A DNA stretch of 42,177 nt from an uncultured Candidatus Peribacteria bacterium (GTDB taxonomy: Bacteria > Patescibacteriota > Gracilibacteria > Peribacterales > Peribacteraceae): NCBI GenBank assembly GCA_964592265.1, contig CAZQCB010000001.1, forward strand, positions 1 to 42,177, in the 5' to 3' direction. Below the pieces are notes generated by a model. It was given only the letters and a program-made list of their open reading frames with translations, was not told where the DNA came from and ran no database searches. Position numbers and translations under genes: made by a program. Positions within the stretch are counted from its first letter, which is position 1. Each line of letters begins with the position of its first letter. Positions 17,633 through 25,936 of this stretch are shown here, one piece after another.

Positions 17633-18364
17633 TCACCGCCACCGAATGAGGAGTATGGAGAAGAATGCTTCGTAAATCTCTCGGGCCCGGAGATTGGAGG
17701 CGCCTCTCCTGCGATTGACGAAGATCGTGGGGACTTCCCTGATCCGCATCCCCTTTCGATGCAGCTGATAGGCAATTTCCGAGAGGACTATGTATCCCTG
17801 CGCTTTGATGGCATCGAGGTCGAGCACCTGGAGCGCCTTGCGGGTGTAACAGCGAAACCCATTTGTGTAATCCGTGATCGGTATACGGAGGAGAGTGCGC
17901 GCGTACCCGTTGGCCAAGCGGCTGAAAAGGGCACGCTTCCGGCTCCAACCCTCGATCCTGCTCCCCGGAAGGTAGCGCGATCCCACAACGACATCACACG
18001 ATCGAATACATTCCAGAACATCACGCATTTCTTCCGGTCGGTGAGAGAAATCCGCATCCATCTCGAACACCAGATCATAGTCGCGCTGGAGAGCCCATCG
18101 GCACCCTTCCACGACAGCAGAACCACGCCCTCCCTTGCCCCCTCGTACGACCACGTGCAAGTGATCGCCATAGCGCGGCTGCAAGTGGCGGACGATCCCT
18201 GCTGTCCCGTCAGGGGAACTGTCATCGACGATAAGAATATCAAATGCCGGGTAGAGAGCGAAGATGCGCTCGATGAGCTGACCGATGTTCGCAGCTTCGT
18301 TATATGTGGGGATGATGACGAGGGTATGCACGTGGGACAGAGGGATGGGAAGTGCTAGGATCAT
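17633..18364 (-). CDS. GT2 polyprenyl-phosphate glycosyltransferase (Dpm1/Ppm1-like)
   Basis: 243 aa. VIIPTYNEAANI, ILIVDDSSPDGT and FEMDADFSH are present. The protein has no TM segment. Confidence 0.85.
   Translation of the reverse strand: MILALPIPLSHVHTLVIIPTYNEAANIGQLIERIFALYPAFDILIVDDSSPDGTAGIVRHLQPRYGDHLHVVVRGGKGGRGSAVVEGCRWALQRDYDLVFEMDADFSHRPEEMRDVLECIRSCDVVVGSRYLPGSRIEGWSRKRALFSRLANGYARTLLRIPITDYTNGFRCYTRKALQVLDLDAIKAQGYIVLSEIAYQLHRKGMRIREVPTIFVNRRRGASNLRAREIYEAFFSILLIRWR
18356..18361 (+). promoter_or_regulatory. -10-like box TAGGAT, 8 nt upstream of ATG18370
   Basis: The sequence reads TAGGAT-cataactc-ATG. The box lies inside the first codons of the divergent GT2 gene. Confidence 0.35.
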
Positions 18365-18369
18365 AACTC

Positions 18370-20553
18370 ATGGAGGTTGCGCACAGACACGCCCGCACAG
18401 GGGAAAAGCTCCTCTTCCTCGTTGTGGGGATTGGCATCGCTCTTTCGATCTTTCACATCTTCGCTCTCGCATTCCTTCAGGACATCGATGACGCCCCGTA
18501 CCCCATCTTCTTTAGTATGGGGAAGGCAATTCTCAACGGATTCACTCCTTACGAGGATATTTTTGAAACAAAACCTCCTGGGCTGTTCGCGCTTGCAGCA
18601 CTCTCCTTTGCACTCTTCAAGAGCCCTGTCCTTGCGAACATGCTCCAGACCATCCTCCTCTTCCTTCTCCCCACACTTTTCACCCTTTTTGCGTGGAAGA
18701 AGATGCAACATCAAGAGAAGAAGTATCGGTTCCTCGCTCTCGCACTCGCCCTTCTAGGGTCGATTGCACTCCTTCGCTACCTTCTGCCGCACCCCGGCGT
18801 CTGGTCACCGGATTTCTTCAGTGCAGTCTTCGGCATGCTGTATCTCCTCATGATTGCCAATCCAGAGAAATTGGGAAGAGGGAGAATCGCACTCGCTTCG
18901 CTCTTCCTCTTTCTCGCAATCGGCACGAAGGAACCCATATTCCTCTCGACACTCGCAGGGGCAATCGTGCTCCTCCGCACTCCGCGCGCATTCCTCAAGG
19001 GGTGGGTGCTGCCCTTCATCCTGGCAGCACTTGCGGGACTCCTCACGCTCGCGCTCTTCGGATGGCTCCATAGCTATACCTCGATCTACCTCCCCTCCAT
19101 GTTTGGGGGGTACCTCCAACGTCACACGCTCCCGATCTGGCAGAAGGGGCTCGCAATCGATCTCACTTTCGCGAATCTCACATCGCTCTCCCCCGCACTC
19201 CCGATCCTCGTCCTTGGGTCCCTCCTCTTTCTCCTCTTCAAGGACAGGAAAGACACAGTGGAGCGATGGACGGCCGCAACTTCCCTCCTCCTCATCCTTT
19301 CCCTCTTCCTCCTCCTCGCACTCACGGGCCCCCGTCTGATGTTCTATACCTCCCAGTGGGTGCTCGGGGTCCTGCTCCTCTTTCTCCTCCCCTCCCTCTA
19401 CCACGAGTGGAAGAAGCGAAAATTGCGCGCGCTCCTGCTTGCGTTCCTCCTGGCAAGCGGATCGCTCCTCCTCACCTCCTTCCAGTGGTGTCAGCGCACG
19501 TCCCCGATCTTCGCACTCTCGACAAACGTCCTCTCCTTCTTCCCCCACGGGGCCGACCTCCCCTGCCTCGGATCCTTTGGGATGCTCGGCATCATGGTGC
19601 TTCTCACTTTTGCGCTCCTCCCCTGGAAAACACTCTCCCGCGAAGGCCGAACGCTCTCCCTCGCAACCTCCCTCCTCCTCGCCATCATTCTCTTCTCGTA
19701 CCTCGGGATCCTCATCTTCTTTTTTCTCGCAACCCCCCTCCACCGTCTCTCCCCGGTTCCGGGCCTCGTGATCGTCGCAGGGTACATGGCCTACCTCGCC
19801 CGGCGCTGGAATGCTTCGCAGCGCATGGTGCTCCGGGAGGTCCTCCTCCTCTCCCTTGCGCTCTTCCTCGCGATCACTGCGATCTCACTCGGGACGGATT
19901 TCCAGAATCAGCACTACCTTGCCGCAACCCCGTTCTACGCAGCACTCCTCCTACGCTCCTTGCACATCTTCTCGCAGCACCCCCCGCACCCCTACACAAG
20001 ATACGTCCTCCCTGTCTTCGCGCTGCTTGCCGCAGTCACAACCTTCTCCTCCTACCCCTACCCCGCGCTTTCGCTGCAAAAGTACAGAGCGAACATCGCA
20101 GAGACACGACACACTCGCACTCTCGCACAGGAATCAGCCCGCAATCTCGATGCCATCCTCGATCAGTGCAACATCGATCGCTACTACACACTGAAGAATG
20201 TGAGCACAGTGAATCCCTTCGAGGGGTACACGCGTCACACGCCCGCAAACTTCTTCTACTTTGCGGGAATCGAAACGATCAATACCTATCATGATGCCCT
20301 CGCTGTCCGCGAGGCTCGCAATTTCTTTTCCTCTCAGCTCATCGTCACGGGTGATGTGCCGCCTCCCCTCACGCGACAATGGGAAAAGGATATCCAATCC
20401 TTCCTCCAGGAAGAGTTCACAGACGTTCCCTGGCCCTGCGCCGAAGGTCTCCCCACGATCCCCCATCGCGTTCTCCTCTACCGCAAAGTTCCGGGACGCG
20501 TGACGCCGCTCTCGCGGGAGATGCAGGAGTGGGTCGAGCAACACGGGGACTAA
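18370..20553 (+). CDS. GT-C fold membrane glycosyltransferase (PMT/ArnT, GT39/83-like)
   Basis: 727 aa with many hydrophobic spans. The first loop reads DIDDAPYP..ETKPPGLF. The C-terminus is soluble, about 170 aa. Confidence 0.75.
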   Translation: MEVAHRHARTGEKLLFLVVGIGIALSIFHIFALAFLQDIDDAPYPIFFSMGKAILNGFTPYEDIFETKPPGLFALAALSFALFKSPVLANMLQTILLFLLPTLFTLFAWKKMQHQEKKYRFLALALALLGSIALLRYLLPHPGVWSPDFFSAVFGMLYLLMIANPEKLGRGRIALASLFLFLAIGTKEPIFLSTLAGAIVLLRTPRAFLKGWVLPFILAALAGLLTLALFGWLHSYTSIYLPSMFGGYLQRHTLPIWQKGLAIDLTFANLTSLSPALPILVLGSLLFLLFKDRKDTVERWTAATSLLLILSLFLLLALTGPRLMFYTSQWVLGVLLLFLLPSLYHEWKKRKLRALLLAFLLASGSLLLTSFQWCQRTSPIFALSTNVLSFFPHGADLPCLGSFGMLGIMVLLTFALLPWKTLSREGRTLSLATSLLLAIILFSYLGILIFFFLATPLHRLSPVPGLVIVAGYMAYLARRWNASQRMVLREVLLLSLALFLAITAISLGTDFQNQHYLAATPFYAALLLRSLHIFSQHPPHPYTRYVLPVFALLAAVTTFSSYPYPALSLQKYRANIAETRHTRTLAQESARNLDAILDQCNIDRYYTLKNVSTVNPFEGYTRHTPANFFYFAGIETINTYHDALAVREARNFFSSQLIVTGDVPPPLTRQWEKDIQSFLQEEFTDVPWPCAEGLPTIPHRVLLYRKVPGRVTPLSREMQEWVEQHGD

Positions 20554-20625
20554 TCACCCCCTCCCCGCCCACACCCCATACTCCCACACCCCCTGCCTCA
20601 TAAGATACGATTTCTCAATGTAATG
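20554..20625 (-). pseudogene. relic of a methyltransferase 3' end (paralogous to 21503-21579)
   Basis: The minus strand reads HYIEKSYLMRQGVWEYGVWAGRG-stop, against MEKSYPMRAGVWDYGVWVVGYPL-stop in the intact gene. About 45 of 57 nt are identical. The frame stays open up to ATG20709, which overlaps the NYN stop as ATGA and gives a 51-codon ORF. Confidence 0.5.
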
Positions 20626-20705
20626 GCTGTTTGGAGGGCAAATTCGTGAGATGGAATGGTTGATTCTGGGGTGGAACGTTGTTACAATAAAGAACGATCT
20701 TCGGA

Positions 20706-21500
20706 TCATTGATTCTGGAGCTTGGAGTTCCCTTCGGGGGGCTCCTTTGCTATGAGCGGAGAAATTTCTCTGTTCCAGCAGATAAAATTACGAATTTTTT
20801 GGATGTCGAAAATGATCAATCCCTGCGATCGAAGGTCGTTGAGTTCACGCGCAATGCGCCGAGCCGTGGCGAAGATCAAGACCTTTTTTCCAGCCTGCAA
20901 TAATTGAAGAAGCGGATCGTGGAAATCGCTGTCTCCACTCCATAGCACGAAAGTATCTGCGATGTTCCTCTCAGAGGCCAGCAGCATATCTACGCCTATT
21001 TCAACATCGAAATTGCACTTGCGATCTTCAATAAAAAATTCACCCAGCTTGTTCATATCTGCAAAACGCTGGTTGAGATACTCAATGGTCTCGGCGCTGT
21101 ATTTCCGCAGAAGCGACTTGCTGATGAATTGCCGCAGTAGTGAGGTCTCTGTCATGGAAGCTATGCCGCGCGCGTCAATCCATAATTTCATAAGTTTGAC
21201 AGGCTTGGTGTGTACTTTGTAGCCGAACTCCTGCGTCTCATTGATCAGTTGTATGGAAAGCTGATCCCCTTCCAGAGTGCCGCTGTAAAAGTTTACTTCC
21301 CGGATGTTCTCAAATGAATCAAGAAATTGTTTCAGTCTTTTTACGGAAATATGCCATCCGAGTTTCTCGGACCATGGACGCACGTTGGCATAGTCGATGA
21401 ACATGGAAACCTTGCCAATGAGCAGCTGCTCCAGCTCCCGGATGATGTCAGGGTTTTCTTCTGCAAGGCCTTTGATTTTAGGCGTTCCGGCTTTGAACAT
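20706..21500 (-). CDS. NYN/LabA-like domain protein
   Basis: 264 aa from ATG21500. MFIDYANV and VLWSGDSDFHDPL are present. G+C is visibly lower: hand counts give 30-35 percent in two 60-nt lines. Confidence 0.8.
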   Translation of the reverse strand: MFKAGTPKIKGLAEENPDIIRELEQLLIGKVSMFIDYANVRPWSEKLGWHISVKRLKQFLDSFENIREVNFYSGTLEGDQLSIQLINETQEFGYKVHTKPVKLMKLWIDARGIASMTETSLLRQFISKSLLRKYSAETIEYLNQRFADMNKLGEFFIEDRKCNFDVEIGVDMLLASERNIADTFVLWSGDSDFHDPLLQLLQAGKKVLIFATARRIARELNDLRSQGLIIFDIQKIRNFICWNREISPLIAKEPPEGNSKLQNQ

Positions 21501-21502
21501 GA

Positions 21503-22105
21503 CTACAGCGGATATCCAACCACCCACACCCCATAATCCCATACCCCCGCTCTCATGGGATACGACTTCTCCATCGTAAACTTCTCCCGAAGCACTCTCT
21601 CGTAATACTCCATCGACCGAATCCGCCCCCCTGCGTCGTGTGATTGAAGGAAGCGACCAAGGATATTCCACCTTGAGCGCGTCGGACAATCTTCGATGAG
21701 GAGAAATTTGCCGCCGGGTTTAAGGACACGGTGAATTTCGGAGAGTGCGCGCTTCACATCTGCTTCATCTAAGTGGTGGAGGAAACCGATCGTGAGTACG
21801 GAATCGAAATGTGCTTCGGGGAACTGGAGATCCAGGGCATCACCGACCAGGAATTTCTTCCTGGGATATTTCTTCTGCGCACGGGCGACATATTTCTCCC
21901 CCAAATCCACGCCCGTGTAGGCAGAATCGGGAAAGAGCGGGGAGAAGAGACCGGTGCCGCAGGGAAGATCGAGGAGAGATCCGTGCGCTACCCCAAGCTC
22001 GCGGGCAATGACTGCTTTCTCCGATCTAAAATTCGCCTCGATGATCTTGCGGACAAAGTCGAGGATGGGGGGGTAGTCGATGATGCGATGGAGTAGACTT
22101 GGCAT
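21503..22105 (-). CDS. class I SAM-dependent methyltransferase
   Basis: LLDLPCGTG and GGKFLLIED are present. I prefer ATG22105 (200 aa). GTG22153 would overlap the divergent gene. Confidence 0.8.
   Translation of the reverse strand: MPSLLHRIIDYPPILDFVRKIIEANFRSEKAVIARELGVAHGSLLDLPCGTGLFSPLFPDSAYTGVDLGEKYVARAQKKYPRKKFLVGDALDLQFPEAHFDSVLTIGFLHHLDEADVKRALSEIHRVLKPGGKFLLIEDCPTRSRWNILGRFLQSHDAGGRIRSMEYYERVLREKFTMEKSYPMRAGVWDYGVWVVGYPL
22094..22099 (+). promoter_or_regulatory. -10-like box TAGACT, 8 nt upstream of ATG22108
   Basis: The sequence reads TAGACT-tggcatga-ATG. The box lies inside the divergent methyltransferase gene. Confidence 0.35.
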
Positions 22106-22107
22106 GA

Positions 22108-22857
22108 ATGGAGCCGCAAGAGTATCACACCCTCTTTGAAGTAGAGGATACACACTGGTGGTTTCGGAGTTTGCATGAGCTTGTGGTGGGGTGCCTTAGC
22201 GAGATGCTTCGACAGGCTCAGCATGACGTTTTACATCTTCTCGACGCAGGCTGCGGCACGGGAGGACTTGCGAAGAAGCTCATAGTACTTGGTGACGTGG
22301 AAGCGATTGATAACTCAAGCCTTGCGATTGAGTACTGCAAGAAGCGGGGCTTACAGAATGTTCACCAAGCAGATCTCAATACCCTTGCACTCCCCGAGGC
22401 AGCTTACGATGCGATCACCTGTATCGATGTTCTTTACCATCGGGAGATTCGTGATCCCGCGAAGGTCCTCCGAATGTTCTTCAAAGCATTGAAGCCTGGA
22501 GGAATTCTCTTCCTCCACCTTCCCGCGTTTGAATTTCTCCGGAGTGCACATGATACCAAAGTGCATACGGGGCATCGCTACTCCCTGAAAGAAGTACGCT
22601 CTCTCCTTTGGGAAGCGGGATTCACCGTCGAGTGGAGCTCCTATCGGCTGATGCTCCTCTTCCTTCCCGTCCTCCTCTTCAAGCTCCTGTGTCCTCATCG
22701 GAAGCATTCTGATGCCGAGACGCCCCCAGTTCTCCTCAATGTATTCCTCCTTGCTCTCTCGCGGATGGAGAATGCCTTCAGCCGCATAGTCCCCCTCCCC
22801 TTTGGGGTCTCGCTGTATGCGGTTGCGCGAAAAGCACAGAATTCTTCAGCAATTTGA
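22108..22857 (+). CDS. class I SAM-dependent methyltransferase with C-terminal hydrophobic segment
   Basis: 249 aa. LLDAGCGTGG, GGILFLHLPA and LMLLFLPVLLF are present. Confidence 0.8.
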   Translation: MEPQEYHTLFEVEDTHWWFRSLHELVVGCLSEMLRQAQHDVLHLLDAGCGTGGLAKKLIVLGDVEAIDNSSLAIEYCKKRGLQNVHQADLNTLALPEAAYDAITCIDVLYHREIRDPAKVLRMFFKALKPGGILFLHLPAFEFLRSAHDTKVHTGHRYSLKEVRSLLWEAGFTVEWSSYRLMLLFLPVLLFKLLCPHRKHSDAETPPVLLNVFLLALSRMENAFSRIVPLPFGVSLYAVARKAQNSSAI

Positions 22858-22884
22858 CAATATAACAGTAGACTACCCACCCGT

Positions 22885-23841
22885 ATGACTACTGGAACAT
22901 ATACGCCCTCCCTCTCCATCGTCATCCCTGTGTATAACGGGGAGAAGACGATCGGACCACTTGTGCGGGAATTGGAGAAAATACTCTCCCCACACTTCGC
23001 TCTCGAGATCATCTTGGTAAATGATGCGAGCCCTGATGAGAGTCTGCGTGCTTGTCTTTCTGCGCAATCGAGCACGCACTGCCGCGTCCATGTTATCGAT
23101 CTCTCACGGAACTTCGGGGAACACAATGCTGTGATGGCGGGTCTTCACCACAGCACAAGTGACTATGCGGTCATCATGGATGATGATTTTCAGAATCCTC
23201 CGGGTGAGATACAGAAATTGGTCAAGCAAGCGGATTACGAAGGGTACGACGTCGTCTACACACGCTACCCGGAGAAGCACCACGCATGGTGGCGGAATCT
23301 CGGGAGCAAGTTCAATAATTTGATCGCGACGATTATGCTGAGGAAGCCCTACGACCTCTACCTCTCCAGCTTCAAACTCATGAATGCCTTCACCGTGAAG
23401 CAAGTCCTTCGGTACGAAGGCCCCTATCCCTACATCGACGGTCTCATTCTCCGGGCAACACGTCGCATCGGAGTCGTCGAGGTGCAGCACGCCGACAGGA
23501 AGCAGGGCAAATCGAATTACACGCTCGTAAAACTCCTCCGTCTCTGGATGAACATGTTCACGAACTTCTCGATTCTCCCCCTACGCCTTGCAACCCTCCT
23601 CGGCCTCCTCTCTGCATTCATTGCTCTCCTCTTCGGCATCGTGGTCGTCATCGAATGGTTCGAGAATCCGGAACTCCCCGTTGGGTGGGCATCCGTCGCA
23701 TTCCTCCTCGTTTTCTTCTCCGGTGTGCAACTTATGGTCATCGGCATAGTCGGGGAATACGTCGGGCGCATCTTCATGCTGAAGGACGCTACCCCACAGT
23801 TCATCGTCCGCAACGAATACCCTTCGCCCATCCGTCGATGA
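22885..23841 (+). CDS. GT2 polyprenyl-phosphate sugar synthase (GtrB/ArnC-like)
   Basis: 318 aa. LSIVIPVYNGEKTI, ILVNDASPDES and VIMDDDFQNPP are present, along with two C-terminal TM helices. Confidence 0.85.
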   Translation: MTTGTYTPSLSIVIPVYNGEKTIGPLVRELEKILSPHFALEIILVNDASPDESLRACLSAQSSTHCRVHVIDLSRNFGEHNAVMAGLHHSTSDYAVIMDDDFQNPPGEIQKLVKQADYEGYDVVYTRYPEKHHAWWRNLGSKFNNLIATIMLRKPYDLYLSSFKLMNAFTVKQVLRYEGPYPYIDGLILRATRRIGVVEVQHADRKQGKSNYTLVKLLRLWMNMFTNFSILPLRLATLLGLLSAFIALLFGIVVVIEWFENPELPVGWASVAFLLVFFSGVQLMVIGIVGEYVGRIFMLKDATPQFIVRNEYPSPIRR

Positions 23842-24830
23842 CTTTGAGTGCCGCATCGTACAGAGGAGCAGACATCTTAGTGACTGGAGGACTTGGCTTT
23901 ATCGGTTCCACTCTCTCGATCGCACTCGTCGAAGCTGGAGCCAAAGTCACGATTGTCGATTCCCTGATCTCAGGTCACGGCGGCAATTTCTTCAATATCG
24001 AACCCATTAAAAACAAGGTCCATGTGAATGTCTCGGACATGCGCGATAGCCATACGCTTCGGTCGCATGTTATGGGGAAGGACTTCATTTTCAACCTGGC
24101 TGCCCAGGTGAGCCACATCGATAGCATGGAGGATCCGATGACCGACCTCGAAATTAATTGTCGGTCACAACTCTCGCTCTTAGAAACGCTGAGAGCCCAT
24201 AATCCGAAGGCCTGCATCATCTACACTGGGACGCGTCAGGTGTATGGAAAGCCCGTGTACTTGCCCGTTGATGAAAAGCACCCGATCAACCCAGTGGATG
24301 TGAATGGCATCAATACCATGGCGGGAGAGTGGTATCACCTGCTCTACGCGAAAGTGTATGGGATGAGAGCAACGGCCCTTCGACTCACGAATACATATGG
24401 ACCGCGGCAGAAGATCAGCAACGTGAAGCATGGCTTCGTCGGCACATTTATCCGGAAAGCGCTCCAGGGGGAAACGATTCAGCTCTTCGGTGATGGGTCG
24501 CAACTGCGGGATTTTAATTTTGTTGATGATGTGGTGGATGCTCTTCTCACCGCGGGAGAGAAGCCGGAACTCTCCGGGGAATTCTTCAACCTCGGGGATT
24601 CGGCGCATTACTCCTTGAAACAATTTGCCGAGATGCTTCAGAAACTTTGTACCTTCAAGATCGAGACTGTCCCCTTCCCGGAAGACCGAAAGAAGATCGA
24701 TATCGGGGATTATTACGCGTCGTACGAGAAGTTTCAGCGCGCAACAGGATGGACGCCAAAAGTAGATCTCGAAACAGGCCTCAAGCGCACCGTGGAGTAT
24801 TTCCGCGCATATCTTCCTCAATACCTTTAA
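23838..24830 (+). CDS. extended SDR (NAD-dependent epimerase/dehydratase fold), atypical active site
   Basis: 330 aa from ATG23838 (ATGA overlap). VTGGLGFIGS is present. The position normally holding YxxxK reads NGINT (24303-24317). Confidence 0.8.
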   Translation: MTLSAASYRGADILVTGGLGFIGSTLSIALVEAGAKVTIVDSLISGHGGNFFNIEPIKNKVHVNVSDMRDSHTLRSHVMGKDFIFNLAAQVSHIDSMEDPMTDLEINCRSQLSLLETLRAHNPKACIIYTGTRQVYGKPVYLPVDEKHPINPVDVNGINTMAGEWYHLLYAKVYGMRATALRLTNTYGPRQKISNVKHGFVGTFIRKALQGETIQLFGDGSQLRDFNFVDDVVDALLTAGEKPELSGEFFNLGDSAHYSLKQFAEMLQKLCTFKIETVPFPEDRKKIDIGDYYASYEKFQRATGWTPKVDLETGLKRTVEYFRAYLPQYL

Positions 24831-24835
24831 GCGAC

Positions 24836-25930
24836 GTGCCAGTCCCCTTCTTCACCCATACGCGGGAATTCGAGGCTCACCACACTCAGTTGCTTGCCGC
24901 AGTAGAAGAGTGTCTTCGTTCTCCCTCACTCATCTTAGGATCGCACGTCCGCACCTTCGAGGAGCGCTTCGCAGCATCGTGCGGTTGCACGCACGGCATC
25001 GGAGTTGCCTCCGGCACGGACGCCATCAGCCTCGCCCTCCGGGCTCTCCACATCGTACCGGGTGACGAAGTGATCACCGTCGCAAACACGGCGGTCCCCA
25101 CCGTTGCCGCCATTCGCATGGCGGGTGCGATCCCCCGCTTCGTGGATATCGATCCAGAAACATTCCTCATGGATGTGACGAAGATGAAAGCAGCAATCAC
25201 GGAGAAGACGCGCTGCATTCTTCCTGTACACCTTTATGGCAATGCCGTGCCCATGCACGAGATGCTCTCCCTCGCGGAGAAATATAAACTGAAGGTGATC
25301 GAAGACTGCGCCCAAGCATACGGCACGCTGTTTGAGGGAAAACCTGTGGGAAGCTTCGGGGATGTCGGCTGCTTCTCCTTCTATCCGACAAAGAATCTCG
25401 GAGCATGGGGTGACGCAGGGATGTGCGTCACGAAAAGCGAAGAGCTGGCCTCCCGCATCCGATCGCTTCGGATGTATGGCTATGCGGAAGAGCGTGTTGC
25501 GGAGAGAGAGGGCGTCAATAGTCGTCTGGATGAGCTTCAGGCTGCAATTCTCCTTGTGAAAATGCAGTACTGCGCAGCGGACTTGAAGAAAAAGCGGGCT
25601 ATCGCCGCCCGCTACGATGAAGCCTTGAAGAAGTCTTCCCTCAAAAAACCGCACACAACGAACGGAGCAGAGCACGCCTACCACCTCTATGTTGTCCTGG
25701 CGGAAGATCGCGCGCAATTTCAGAAAAAATTGAAGGAAACTGGCATCGGAACACTCATCCACTATGCTTTCCCTATTCACTTGATGCCCGCGTATAAATT
25801 CTTGGGGTATAAAAAGGGAGATTTACCGGTTACAGAGGAAGCTTGCAACCACATCCTGAGCATTCCGCTCTTTCCGTACTTAACCGAAGGTGAAGTAGCG
25901 AAGATTTGCCAAGCGCTTGCATCAAGCTGA
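24836..25930 (+). CDS. DegT/DnrJ/EryC1-family sugar aminotransferase
   Basis: 364 aa from GTG24836; no ATG follows the stop at 24830. GTDAISLAL and EDCAQA are present, and the Lys lies in FSFYPTKNLGAWGDAG. Confidence 0.85.
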   Translation: MPVPFFTHTREFEAHHTQLLAAVEECLRSPSLILGSHVRTFEERFAASCGCTHGIGVASGTDAISLALRALHIVPGDEVITVANTAVPTVAAIRMAGAIPRFVDIDPETFLMDVTKMKAAITEKTRCILPVHLYGNAVPMHEMLSLAEKYKLKVIEDCAQAYGTLFEGKPVGSFGDVGCFSFYPTKNLGAWGDAGMCVTKSEELASRIRSLRMYGYAEERVAEREGVNSRLDELQAAILLVKMQYCAADLKKKRAIAARYDEALKKSSLKKPHTTNGAEHAYHLYVVLAEDRAQFQKKLKETGIGTLIHYAFPIHLMPAYKFLGYKKGDLPVTEEACNHILSIPLFPYLTEGEVAKICQALASS

Positions 25931-25936
25931 ACCTCT

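Noticed and set aside
18805-20294. Glu-rich minus-strand ORF 18805-19743 and Pro-rich plus-strand ORF 19266-20294 within the GT-C gene
   Set aside because: Their extreme compositional bias mirrors the Leu/Phe-rich membrane frame. The GT-C frame has the expected hydrophobic periodicity and first-loop motif.
20636-20705. Spacer between the methyltransferase relic and the NYN gene starts with GGCAAAT and ends with CTTCGGAT, like the 39086 element termini
   Set aside because: These are only 7-8-nt matches. Roughly 100 or more such matches to a 120-nt query are expected by chance in 84 kb of two-strand sequence, and the spacer has no internal heptamer periodicity.
20660-20718. 10-nt direct repeat TTGATTCTGG at 20660-20669 and 20709-20718 (the latter overlapping the NYN stop)
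   Set aside because: This is a single short repeat 49 nt apart. It does not bracket any recognisable unit, so it could not be distinguished from chance or a local duplication.
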